Shown: one piece after another, positions 18,170 through 30,000 of the stretch | How positions within the stretch are numbered: the stretch's first letter is position 1 | Layout of the letters: every line of letters starts with the position of its first letter | Source of the DNA: Candidatus Doudnabacteria bacterium | GTDB taxonomy: Bacteria > Patescibacteriota > Doudnabacteria > UBA920 | Reading direction: 5' to 3' | Assembly: GCA_963837465.1 (NCBI GenBank) | Contig: CAWINB010000001.1 | Location: forward strand, 369,929-433,928 | Length of the DNA: 64,000 nt | Notes under the pieces: model-generated | What the model saw: only the letters and a program-made list of their open reading frames with translations | The model's database searches: none | What the model was told of the DNA's origin: nothing | Translations under genes and position numbers: made by a program

Positions 18170-19822
18170 TTAAACCGGCGGCGCTATCCTGACCAAATCT
18201 TCCAGTGTCGTTGTGCCGTTTTTGACTTTTTCCAGTCCGTCTTCAAACAAAGTCCGGAAGCCCCGCTTGCGCGCCAGCTCCCAAATTTCCTGGGCGGAAG
18301 GAGCTTTAACGATAAAATCCTGCAGCGCTTTATCCACTTTAATAAACTCAAAAATACCGATACGGCCTTTGTAGCCCGTATGGTTGCAGGCCTGGCAGCC
18401 TTTGCCTCTGTAAAAAGTAATCATGGGCGCGGGAAAATATTTAACCGCGGCCGGAAACCTGGCGGCCAGTTCGGACTGCTGGACGTTGACGCTGTAACGG
18501 CAACTGTCGCAAATCCTCCTGACCAGGCGCTGGGCAATAATCATTTCCAGGGTTGACGCCACCAGGTAAGGTTCCACTCCCATATCCAACAAGCGCGGAA
18601 TGGCCGTGGAAGCATCGTTGGCGTGAAAAGTGGAAAACAGCAAATGCCCCGTTAAAGCGGCGTTAATCGCGACTTCGGCGGTAGCCCTGTCCCGGATTTC
18701 CCCGACCAAAATAATGTCGGGATCCTGCCTTAATATAGAGCGCAGGCCGTCGGCAAAATTTAAGTTGGTGGCGGTGTTAACCTGTATCTGGTTCATGGTC
18801 GGTATGCGGTACTCCACAGGATCCTCAATGGTGGTGATATTTATTTCCGAGTGGTTAAATGTTTTCAGCAGCGCGTACAGGCTGGTGGTCTTGCCGCTGC
18901 CGGTCGGACCGGTAACTAAAATCATGCCGAACGGATGCTCGGATGCTTCCAGCAGTTCGTCGTAAGCGTGGGCCGACAGGCCCAAATCGCTTAAGCTCAA
19001 ATTTTTTACGTACTCCGTAAGCAGCCGCATAACGACTTTTTCCCCGTTGACCGTGGGCACAATGGATATTCTTATGTCTATAACAATTTCCCCTTTGCTA
19101 AAGCGCATGGACCCGTCCTGGGCGCTGAAGTGTTCGTCAATTTTTAACCGGGCCTGGACTTTAATCCGGTTTAAAATATTTTCATAATAAATTTTGGGAA
19201 TTTTGCCAACTTCCTCCAGCACGCCGTCCACGCGGAAGCGGGTACAAACCTCGTCTTCGCGCGGCTCAAAGTGGATATCGGAGGCGCGGTAAATAATGGC
19301 TTCATCCAGGATTTGATCCAAAATTTCCGGCGCCACCCTTTTTTGAGCTTTGATAATCTGCACAAAACGCGCCTCCAGCGACTGGCGGTAATGGATAAAA
19401 GCCTGCTGCAAGTCTTCGGAAAAAGCGTAAGCCAAAACCAGTTTTTTCCCGGGAAAAAATCCCGAAAGCAAACCTGGGAGGGCGGGATTTTTGGGATTGT
19501 CCGTGGCAATTTCCATCTGGCTTTCAGTATTGGAAACAACAACAACATGCTGCTGTTCCGCGATGTCCTTGGGAATTTTCAACACGTCCTGCTTTTGCGG
19601 CGGGCGTTTGGACAAATCCGCGAAAACCGTGCCAAAACTTTCCGCCACAGCCTGACCCAAAAGCTCTTTGGTTAAAATACCCCCGGACAACAAATGTTCC
19701 AGGGCGGTCTGGTGGTGCGACAGCGCGTGCTGCTCGGCCGCCGCCATATCTTCGGCAGTAACGTAATTGCCGCGCAATAAAATATCCTTAACATTTATAT
19801 GGTCCAAATTCATAACTGACAA
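18170..19822 (-). CDS. pilB: type IV pilus assembly ATPase PilB (GspE family)
   Basis: Walker A VTGPTGSGKTTSLYA, ITTIEDPVEYR, Walker B/His-box ILVGEIRD...FSTFHANDA and the C-terminal tetracysteine CDSC...CQAC are all present. Confidence 0.9.
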   Translation of the reverse strand: MSVMNLDHINVKDILLRGNYVTAEDMAAAEQHALSHHQTALEHLLSGGILTKELLGQAVAESFGTVFADLSKRPPQKQDVLKIPKDIAEQQHVVVVSNTESQMEIATDNPKNPALPGLLSGFFPGKKLVLAYAFSEDLQQAFIHYRQSLEARFVQIIKAQKRVAPEILDQILDEAIIYRASDIHFEPREDEVCTRFRVDGVLEEVGKIPKIYYENILNRIKVQARLKIDEHFSAQDGSMRFSKGEIVIDIRISIVPTVNGEKVVMRLLTEYVKNLSLSDLGLSAHAYDELLEASEHPFGMILVTGPTGSGKTTSLYALLKTFNHSEINITTIEDPVEYRIPTMNQIQVNTATNLNFADGLRSILRQDPDIILVGEIRDRATAEVAINAALTGHLLFSTFHANDASTAIPRLLDMGVEPYLVASTLEMIIAQRLVRRICDSCRYSVNVQQSELAARFPAAVKYFPAPMITFYRGKGCQACNHTGYKGRIGIFEFIKVDKALQDFIVKAPSAQEIWELARKRGFRTLFEDGLEKVKNGTTTLEDLVRIAPPV

Positions 19823-19895
19823 TTTATAATATTATGCCGGGGGTTTGAAATGCTTCCTGCTTATTGACGGCATTAAACGGGGAAGTTCTATTGCC

Positions 19896-20267
19896 CTACT
19901 GTAAATAAATTTTTACCAAATTAAGTATTTCAGCCGGCGTAACAGTGCTCTTGATAATGTATTGCTTGGCTCCGTAAGCCTTAACCTTCACAATATCTTC
20001 GGTTTGGCCCAGATTGGAAAGTACCACTACCGGCGTAACAATCCCCAACTCCTGCATTTTTTTTAAAACGTCAAAACCGTCCATTTCAGGCATCATCAAA
20101 TCCAGAAGCACCAAATCGAAATGCTCGTGCTGAAGATTGGGAATAACCTGGTCCCCGCTGATGACATGCAAAGTACGTATGCCCTCGGCATTGAACTTAT
20201 GGGCCAAAACGCTTGCCATGGCCTGTTCGTCTTCCGCGATGAGGACCTTTTTATTTTTTTCCGTCAT
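19896..20267 (-). CDS. single-domain response regulator (CheY-like REC)
   Basis: 123 aa with LIAEDE, LVLLDLMMPEMDG and a conserved Lys. It lies immediately upstream of pilB. Confidence 0.8.
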   Translation of the reverse strand: MTEKNKKVLIAEDEQAMASVLAHKFNAEGIRTLHVISGDQVIPNLQHEHFDLVLLDLMMPEMDGFDVLKKMQELGIVTPVVVLSNLGQTEDIVKVKAYGAKQYIIKSTVTPAEILNLVKIYLQ

Positions 20268-20374
20268 ACAATAATAAGCGCGGGTTTATTTTTATTTCCT
20301 TAATTTAAGAGTTTTATCAGCTCGTTTATTATAACATATTTTGTAAAAAACAAAAGCCGCGAACTTTTAATTTT

Positions 20375-20404
20375 TTGACAAAAGGGACAAAACTATATTA
20401 TACT
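20375..20404 (+). promoter_or_regulatory. candidate sigma70-type promoter for pilA
   Basis: TTGACA at 20375..20380, with TATTAT/TATACT-like -10 candidates 15 to 18 nt downstream, in the divergent intergenic region. Confidence 0.35.
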
Positions 20405-20435
20405 ATTGTCAAATTAATTTTAATTAAAAAACTAA

Positions 20436-20975
20436 ATGAAACAAAAGCAAATTTTTTCTTTTAGCCATACAGGCTGGGGAGAAACTAAACCTTCCAAGTT
20501 CCAAGGGGTTGGAGTTACGACTCAACAAAGCCGGGGTTTTACTCTAATTGAAATTTTGCTGGTTATCGCCCTTATAGCCTTGTTGGCCGGTATTGTCATA
20601 TTAGCCGTTAATCCGGCCAAGCAACTGGCTGACGGCAGAAATACCCGAAGAATAGCCGATGTCAGCACAATCCTCAACGCCGCGCACGAGTATGCCATAG
20701 ACCACAACGGCAATTTGCCTTCAACCATCCAAAATAATACGGATTGCAGCGGAACCGCTTCCAATGAAATTTGCCAAACCGGCGGCAACTGCAGCGGCCT
20801 CACGGATTTGTCAGCGCTGACAAACAACCAAACCTATTTGACCGCCATACCCGTGGACCCTTCCATAACCACAACCAACAACGCGGGTTATTTTATTGAC
20901 CTTAACAACAATGGTCGCGTAACAGTTTGCGCCCCTAACTCCGAACTCGGAATAAACATCAGCGCCACCAGATAA
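20436..20975 (+). CDS. pilA: type IV major pilin (PilA-like)
   Basis: SRGFTLIEILLVIALIALLAGIVILAVNPAKQLADGRNTRRIADVSTILNA is a class III signal peptide plus a conserved pilin alpha1 helix. The C-terminal Cys pair gives a D-region. The 32-aa leader is unusually long. Confidence 0.8.
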   Translation: MKQKQIFSFSHTGWGETKPSKFQGVGVTTQQSRGFTLIEILLVIALIALLAGIVILAVNPAKQLADGRNTRRIADVSTILNAAHEYAIDHNGNLPSTIQNNTDCSGTASNEICQTGGNCSGLTDLSALTNNQTYLTAIPVDPSITTTNNAGYFIDLNNNGRVTVCAPNSELGINISATR

Positions 20976-20991
20976 ACTCCCATCGCGATTT

Positions 20992-21025
20992 AAACCCCCG
21001 GCTTCATAGCCGGGGGTTTTATTTT
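20992..21025 (+). terminator. rho-independent terminator after pilA
   Basis: cccccggc-ttcata-gccggggg followed by TTTTATTTT. Confidence 0.6.
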
Positions 21026-21047
21026 ATCGTTTTGCCTGAACCGCCAA

Positions 21048-21070
21048 GTGTCAAGGGTCACCCTTGACAC
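21048..21070. repeat. 23-bp perfect palindrome GTGTCAAGGGTCACCCTTGACAC (copy 1)
   Basis: It is a perfect inverted repeat. A near-identical copy (centre G instead of C) lies at 46943..46965. Confidence 0.7.
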
Positions 21071-21076
21071 TGTCCC

Positions 21077-24000
21077 CTATTGGCCTGTCGCGCCAGGAGC
21101 GGATGAACCCGGAGAAGAATTATCAGAGGCATCCGGGGCGCTGGCTGTACCGGAAGAAGCCGAAGGATCGGAAGCGGAAGTGTTGACGGGGGTTCCGGTT
21201 TGGCCGGAGGAGCCGGAAGCATCACTGCTATCCCCTGCCGTAGAGCCTGTGGAGGAGCCGGAAGCCGCCTGGCCGGTAGAATTTGGATCTGACTGCGGGG
21301 TTGAAGACCCGGAACCTGGCTGAGCAACTGTTTGCCCGGATGTATCTGGGATAGCGGACCCCGAACCCAAAGTCTGCCCACCGCCCTGCTGGTTATTATT
21401 GTTCTGGCTATTGCTGATTATCTGCCCCTGATTGCTCGGCTGGTTTACCACCACAATTTGGGAATTTAAGCTGGACTGCGACGGCGTGGTAGTCGGCTGG
21501 GCCAGGGCTATCCAGTCAAAACTGGTGTCGGCCGAAACCGGCTGGCTGGTCTGGATGGTAAAGCCGGTCAGTGTTTTAGTGGCGACGCCGTAGTAGAAGT
21601 TCGGCAAGCCCTGCGCGGTGACCGCAATTTTCGGCATAGTTTCGTAAGGCACATTAAAGGTTACCGCGGTCTGGTTGTTTCCGGCTGTAATTACCGCGGT
21701 TCCGGCGGTGTCAGCCCCCACGGTTATATGGCCGGCAGCCGTAATGCTGAACTGAGTGGTGGAGCCGTTATTCACCGTTAATATAGTGGAGGTGGCGATG
21801 GTGGAGGTGGCCAATAAACTGAACGAGCCGTCATTGGCAATAAGCAAGCGGTCCGCGCCGTTCTGCTGGAGCTGCAGGACATTGCCGCTGCCGGCCTGGT
21901 TTATCAGCAAAGCCGTATCGGTGGAGCTGGAAGCCAGCCGCATAAAGCTGGTAGTGGAAGTGGCGCTTGACAACTGTCCGTCATTTTGCCCAAAGACAAA
22001 AGTATTGTTAATAACCTGGTAGCCCGGTTTAACAAACACTAATATAGTGGGATTGGAAGATGTGTTGGCGGCCGGGTCGTAATCCTCCAGAGCCTGGCCG
22101 ATGACCTCGCCGCTGACTTCGGCTTTCATGGCGAGCCCTGGAATGTCGGAAGATGTCAGGAAGTCGCCGGCGTGGATGACCGTGGAAGTGGCAATTTGTA
22201 CCGGCACGCGTCCGGCCAAAGCGATGGCCGGATGCAGCGGATCCACAACATAGTTGGCTCCGTTCATAAACTGCACGCTGTTGCCTTCTATAATCATGGC
22301 CGGGTTGGTGGAAACCACTCCAAGCAAATGGCTGTCGTAAGCCGTGGCTGTCTCGCCGATTAAGCTGCCGGTGGAAGATGCCGTGCCAAGCGAACTAACC
22401 AGTTGGCCGGCGGCCACGGGATCCCGCGACGGGTAAATTTCGGCGTAATCGGTACAAGCGCCGGAACTCTGGAAAGTCAGACAATTAGCCGCCACCACAA
22501 AGGCCGAACCCGGAGTGGTAGTGCCCACGCCTACATTGCCGCCGGTAAATACCGCGGCGTAGTTGTTGCTGGCGCCGGTTGGGGCATTTACGTACAAACC
22601 GTAACCGTTGGTTACCGCGCCGCTGTTGGTAACAGATCCGCCCTGGATGGTCAAAGCCGAGGAACTGGAAATCGTCATATGGTTACCGGCAATCGCCGCG
22701 CCGGTAATGTTGATGACCGAAGCGTTGGCAATGGTGGTGGCGCTGGAAGAAGCCAGGGTGTAAGCGTTAAACAACGAACCGTAGGCAATTTGGTTTGTGT
22801 TGATGGCGCTGCCGGCGGAAAGCGTGTAAGTCAGGGCCGGAATGTTAATAGCGCGGTAATCGGAAACGGCAGTCAAAGTCGGGTTAAAGTTAATACCGGT
22901 AACAACACCGCTGGCGCCGCCGGTTTGGTTAATTGTCGGGCTGGCATTGATGGTATTAAACTGGGAGCTGCCGGAAGTAGGCCCAATAGGCTGCTGGATG
23001 TCCAGAATATTTACGGTGCTGCCGTTATTCTTGGTCAAATTGGAACCGGAAGAAATACGCAAACCGGCCGACATGCTAGCGCCCATCTTAAACACAAAGG
23101 CCGCGTTGGTTGTGTTGGCGGTGTTGGCCGTGGCGTCAAAACTCTGGCTGGCGCCGCTGCCGTAAATAAAGTCGCCGCTGCTGTCGACAGACAGCTCTTT
23201 GACGCCGTTGTCCTCGAATGTCAGGAAGTTGCCGCTGAAGTTGGATTGCGAATTAATGCCAAAATAAGTACCGTTGGCGGAGGCGCTGGACAAAGCCGTG
23301 GAGCCGAGACTGAGCAGCTCGGTGGTGTTGCTGGACGAAGCGTCTGTCGGAATGTTGACGCGGCCGGCCGGGGTAACAGTCAACAAAGACGCGCCGGTGG
23401 ACGAAGCAATGCTTAATAAGTTTGTAGCTGAGCCCGCTGACCCCTGAAGTGTCAATAAAGAGCCGGGCGTAGTTGTACCGATGCCGACATTGCCTCCGTT
23501 AAACACAGCCGCGTAATTATTGGCCGCTCCGCTGGGAGAATTAACTTCCAATCCGTAAGCGTTGGTGGTTGAAGCGTTAACGGCATCAGTATCTACCAAT
23601 AAACCATAAGAGTTGGTGAGTTTGACATTCTTTCCAACTAAAGGTAATCCGTTGACATCAAGACTGGAAGAAGTTGCTATAGTGTCAACAACAGTGGAAG
23701 CAGTCTGGTAAGTTATGGGATTAAACAGGACGTTGTAGACAGTATTAACGGGAGTGCCGGTAGCTAAGTTGTCAATTAAGCCGGATTGGGTTTCTATACT
23801 GCGGTAATCCACGGCGGAAGTTAAAGTCGGACTGACTAACAGGCCGCGGGTAATGCCGGAAGCGGCGGCGGTTTGGATGACAATCGGATGCAAGTTTTCT
23901 TCATTCCATACGGCGGAGCCTACTCCGGCGAACAAGCCGCCGGTATTTATCTGCCCGCCCGTGCCGGTCGTGGCTTGTTCGTAGTTGGTTGTGCCAAAAA

Positions 24001-27000
24001 CATATCCATAATAGGCCGCTCCGGTATTGTATTCGTCCACGTCAAAATTCATCTGACCACTGCTTCCGGCGTCAATATAAGTATCTCCTACCGAGCCAAG
24101 GTAAAGAAAACCGGAAGTGGATTGGATGTTTCCAGCGGCAGTAATAGCGCCATTGTTAGTTATGGCTCCCCCGTTAGTTAGCGTAAATTCATTAGTGCCG
24201 TTTTTTTGCAAGTTAATCAGGTTGCCGCTGAAATTTGACGGAGAGTTGATTGCCAGATAAGTTCCGTTGGCAGAAGGTGAGGATAATGAAGTGGGGCCAA
24301 GCTCGCAGAACAGGGACAGTTGAGGCAACAGACGTTGAAGAATTAGTGCTGGAAGCGTTTTGGGAAAGCAGGACGCCATTGGTTGGCAGGACTTCCAAGA
24401 TAGATTGGCCTGATGAAGATGAAACATTAACAGGAGTATTCATTCCCGTCCCCTGAATGTTAAAGTTTACCGTTGAGCTGGTAGCGTTTACTCCCGATAC
24501 AGTTCCGTTATCCTCAATATCCCCGCTGGCTGCCAAAGCGCTTGACCCTGTCCAGATGGCATTGTACCCATTAGTCCCCGACCCTGTAAGGCTGCTGCCG
24601 GCAGCAGTAATAGTTATCTGCCCCGGTGTAGAGGTGGTAATAGTGATGTTGGTTCCCGCGACCAGATTGGTGGGAGCATAGTTGTTTCCTGTGCCATCCG
24701 CGGCCAGCAGCTGTCCGGTAATGGTGGGAGCAGTGGAGGTTCCGGTACCGCCGTTGCTTACTCCTAAGCTACCGGTAACCTGGGAGCCATTTAGGGTAAT
24801 GGCGCTGTTGTAAAGATTACCGGATGCCGTGCTAAACACCGGCAGGTTCTGGGTTAAGGAAGATATTGTGGTGGAACCATTGGCGGCAACAGTCAGCAGG
24901 GAAGCTCCCGATGACGAAGCCACATTGAAAGGATTTAAGGTTCCCGTGCCCTGGATGTTAAAGGAGACGGTGGAAGATGTGGCTCCGACACCGGCAACCG
25001 TACCATTGTCCAGCAGCGCTCCGGCAGTCAAGGTGTTCGGTGAAGTCCAGATGGCGTCGTAGCCGGTGGTACCGGACAGGCTTGAGGCCGAAGCAAAGCC
25101 CAGGGTGGAAGTGGCTATCCACTGGGTGGAGTTGCCGGTGGTTTCCAGGATTTGTCCCAGGGTGCCCGAAGCATTGGTGCCGTCAAACAGGGCGCCGGTT
25201 AACTGTTCGCTGCCGGCAACCGTCAGCAGCTGGGCCGGGGTGGATGTGCCGATGCCGACGTTGCCGTTCTGCGAGCACGGTCAGCAGCTGGCTGCCGGTG
25301 GAGGAAGCTATGGTAAAGGGATTAACTCCCCCGCTGCCCTGGATGGCCAGGGTGGTAGAAGGGGTGGTGCTGCCAATGCCCAAAGAGTCGCCAAAGTAAG
25401 AGGGAGTGGAGGTGGCGGAGATGGCTAAGGCGCCGGAGCTTAAATGCCGCCCGCTCCCACGTTCAGGCCGCCCTGGATCTGCAGCTGGCCGGCTATCAGA
25501 GCGTCATTCCTGACCTGCAAGTTGCCTATGTCGGCGCTGCCGGCTACCAGGGAGGTGGTTTCCGTGCCGGAGATGTTGACGACGGAGATGGAGTTGGAGC
25601 CATAATTGGCCACATAGGCGTAGCGGCCGGAGACGTAGATGGAATAGGGACTGGTGCCCACGCTGGCGGTAGCCACCTGGGTTGGAGCTGTGGGGTTGGA
25701 GATGTCAACGACGGAGATGGTGTTGGAGTTTTTATTTGCCACATAGGCGTAGCGGCCGGAGACGTAGATGGAATAGGGACTGGTGCCCACGGTAGTTGTG
25801 GCCACCTGCACCGGAGCTGTGGGGTTGGAGATGTCAACGACGGAGATGGTGTTGGAGTTAAGATTTGCCACATAGGCGTAGCGGCCGGAGACGTAGATGG
25901 AATTGGGCAAGCTTCCCACGGTGGTGGTAGCGATTTGCTTGGGAGCGCCGGGATTGGAGATGTCAACGACGGAGATGTTGGCGGAGCCTTGGTTTGCCAC
26001 ATAGGCGTAACGGCCGGAGACGTAGATGGAATTGGGCTGGAATCCCACGCTGGCGGTAGCCACCTGGGTTGGAGCTGTGGGGTTGGAGATATCAACTACG
26101 GAGATGTTGGAGGAGTTAAGATTTGCCACATAGGCATAGCGGCCGGAGACGTAATGCTTTGAGGATTATTTCCCACATTGGCGGCGGCAACTTGAGTAGG
26201 GCTCGAAGGGTTTGAGATATCAACTACGGAGATATTATTGGAGATATTATTTGCCACATAGGCATAGCGGCCGGAGACGTAGACGGAAACGGGCCCGGCT
26301 CCCACGCTGGTCGTGGCTACCTGGACCGGAGCTGAGGTATTGGAGATGTCGACTACCGAGATGGTACCGGAGCTATAGTTTGCCGTGTAGGCGTAGCGGC
26401 CGGAGACGTAGACGGACTCGGGATTGCTCCCCACGCTGGTAGTAGCCACCTGGGTAACCTGGGAGCTATTGGCAATGATGTTGGAAATGCTGCCGGTTAC
26501 GGTTAAGGCTTGGCTGGGGGTGGAGCTGCCGATGCCGACGTTGCCGTTGGCTAAAACAGTCAGCAGCTGGCTGCCGGATGAGGAAGCTACGGTAAAGACC
26601 GGAATGGTGGGATAAGTGGAAGTGCCTTCCACCGTTAACGTGGAGCCGGGAGTGGTGGAGCCAATGCCCACTCGCTGGGTGGCCGTCACCCTTAATACGG
26701 ATATACCGCTGGAGGAAGCTATGTTGAGCAGGTCGCTGGATCCGGCTGTGCCCTGGATGGCCAGGGTGGTAGAAGGGGTGGTGCTGCCGATGCCCAAAGA
26801 GTCGCCAAAGTAAGAGGGAGTGGAGGTGGCGGAGATGGCTAAGGCGCCGGAGCTTAAGATGCCGCCCGCTCCCACGTTCAAGCCACCCTGGATCTGCGAG
26901 CTGGCCGGCTATCAGAGCGTCATTCCTGACCTGCAGGTTGCCTATGTCGGCGCTGCCGGCTACCAGGGAGGTGGTTTCCGTGCCGGAGATGTCAACGACG

Positions 27001-30000
27001 GAGATGGTGTTGGAGTTAAGATTTGCCACATAGGCGTAGCGGCCGGAGACGTAGATGGAAATGGGATTGGTTCCCACGCTGGTGGTGGCTACCTGGACCG
27101 GAGCTAGAGGGTTTGAGATGTCGACTACCGAGATGTTGTTAGAACTATAGTTGGCCACATAGGCGTAGCGGCCGGAGACGTAGATGGAATTTGGACTGGT
27201 GCCCACGGTGGTGGTGGCGATCTGGATGGGAGCTAGAGGGTTTGAGATGTCGACTACCGAGATGTTGTTAGAACTATAGTTGGCCACATAGGCGTAGCGG
27301 CCGGAGACGTAGATGGAAATGGGATTGGTTCCCACACTGGTGGTGGCCACCTGGGTTGGAGCTTTGGGGTTGGAGATATCAACTACGGAGATGTTGGAGG
27401 AGTTAATATTTGCCACATAGGCGTAGCGGCCGGAGACGTAGACGGAAACGGGATTGGTTCCCACACTGGTGGTGGCCACCTGAACCGGAGCTGTGGGGTT
27501 TGAGATGTCAACTACGGAGATGTTGGAGGAGTTAATATTTGCCACATAGGCGTAGCGGCCGGAGACGTAGATGGAAAAGGGATTGGTTCCCACGGTAGTG
27601 GTGGCCACCTGAACCGGAGCTGTGGGGTTTGAGATGTCAACTACGGAGATGGTGTTGGAAGTACGATTTGCCACATAGGCGTAGCGGCCGGAGACGTAGA
27701 CGGAATAAGGATTGGTTCCCACATTAGCGGTGGCCACCTGGATGGGAGCTGAAGGATTGGAGATGTCAACTACGGAAATGGTGTTGGAGCCGGAATTCGC
27801 CACGTAAACATAGCGGCCGGAAACATAGATGGAAGCGGGGAGATTGCCCACGCTGGTAGTAGCCACCTGGGTAATATTGGCATTGCCGCCAATTAAGTTG
27901 GAAACACTGCCAACAACAGACAAGGCCTGGGTGGGAGTTGTGGTGCCGATACCCACATTGCCATTGCTTGCCACAAACAGTTCAGAAGCTCCCGATGACG
28001 AAGCCACATTGAAGGGATTTAAGGTTCCCGTGCCCTGGATGTTGAAGGAGACGGTGGAAGATGTGGCGTTGACTCCGGCTACGCTGCCGTTGTCAATAAT
28101 GGCTCCGGTACCAAGAGCGGAAGGAGAAGTCCAGATGGCGTTATAACCATTAGTACCACCCGACAGTCCCCCTCCGGTGGCATTTAAAGTGTTACCGCTA
28201 AAGCTTAAGCCGGTGCCCAGCTGTACGGATTCCAGGTTGCTGTTGGCATCGGACATTACTAAACTTGAAGGGGTCAGCGTAGCAACGTTTACGTTGCCGA
28301 TGGAAGAAATATTAAAGTAAGGCGAACCGCTGGAAGAAGCTACGGTCAACAGGTTTGAAGTTTGCGACGAGGTGGCAATTATTAAGACTGTTGGTTGGGT
28401 GGTGGAAGATGAGGCTACGGATAATTGAGCGGTCGGAGTGGTAGTGCCTATACCCAACCAACCTTGAGCACTTACTACCGAATAAGTCGTAGCTCCTCCG
28501 CTACTGGCCCAAACTTGTAGGTTTGCAGTTTGACCACCCGCGCCTCTTATATTGAACGGAACACCACCACTGTTAGTGGAAGTAATAATGACTTGGCCGG
28601 CAGCTATAGTCCCAGCCACATCCAAAGGATAAACAGCAGTATTTTTTCCAATCCCCACATCCCCATTAGCCAGCACCGTTAAGCCAGTAGCGCCCGACGA
28701 AGAAGCAATGGTCAAAAGGCTGCCGGATTGTCCAGCGGTTCCTTGAACCAACAAATTACTCGTCGGCGCACTGGTTCCAATCCCCACATTGCCGCCCATA
28801 ATAGCAGCAGCATAGTTACTCGAGGCGCCAGTGGAAGCCTGGAGATAAATTCCATAAGCATTTGTGGTGGAAGCGTTCAAGGTGCCACCCAATATGGATA
28901 AAGCCGAAGAAGAACTGATGATAACTTGGTTAGCCACTTGCGGATTATACAGCGCCATAGTGGCGGCACTGTTTAGGGTGGTTACCGCGGTAGTGGAAAC
29001 ACTGTTATACGTTATGGGGTTAAACAGGGCATTGTACTGGTTTAAGGCCGGGGTAGTAGAAGCGTCCAGGTTTACGGTAGTACTTGTGGCAAGCAAGTTG
29101 ATATACTGATAGGCTTGGGTAACGGTTGGATTAAAATAAAGGCTGGTGGTGGTGCCACTGGCATTTCCCTTTTGATTTATAGTAGTTAATAAATCTAAGA
29201 GGTTATTTGTTGCGGAACCGGATGCTGGCGAAAAAGTTGATGATATTTTAACGGCTCCTCCTTCACCGCTGGTAGAAATTGAGGGACCTAAAGGTTGCTC
29301 CAATATATTATATCCCGCATTAGTATTGGTTATTTCACCGTATAAAGAAAGCGGTTGTCCACTGGAAGCTTTAAAGGTATTTCCGGCAGTAAAATCAATT
29401 TCCCCATTTAGCGAAAGGAGGCCCGCACTGGTAACTTTAAACTCACTCGTTCCGCCATTAATTAAATTCAATAAATTTCCACTTGTTCCCTGAATATCAA
29501 CCAAATCAGCCGGGGTAGTTGTTCCTATCCCCACGTTCCCCGCTTGCGTAACATGCAGGAAGGATGTTCCGGAAGAAGAAGCCACGTCAAAGGGATCCAG
29601 CGTGCCGCTGCCCTGAAGTTCAAAGGCTACTGTAGAAGAAGTGGCATTAATGCCGGCGACTGTGCCATTGTCGAGAACAATACCCTTAGACACGGAAGTC
29701 GGAGAAGTAAACATGGCATCATAGCCAACCGTGCCGCCGGTTACCCCCGCTCCTCCGGTAATGCCGAGAGTTGAAGTAGCTACCCACTGCGTGCCGCTGC
29801 CCGTGGTTTCAAGCAGCATGCCCGGAGTACCAGAGGCATTTGTTGAGTCAAACAGGGCGCCGGTCAATTGCTCATTTCCGGCAACAACCAGCTTTTGGCT
29901 GGGGGTAGTAGTGGCAATACCCACATTCCCACCAGAGGTAATGTGTAAGTAAGACTGGCCGGTGGAAGTAGAGACGTCAAACAAATCCGAACTGTAAGAG

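Noticed and set aside
22403-23416. 337-aa plus-strand ORF (and many similar ones: 36649..37263, 37264..38019, 50032..50628, 24977..25428) inside the giant genes
   Set aside because: They are antisense to long G/S/T/N-rich repeat coding sequence. Their translations are Gly/Arg/Ala low-complexity, and stop codons are simply rare on the opposite strand of such sequence. The minus-strand frames carry the conserved repeat motifs.
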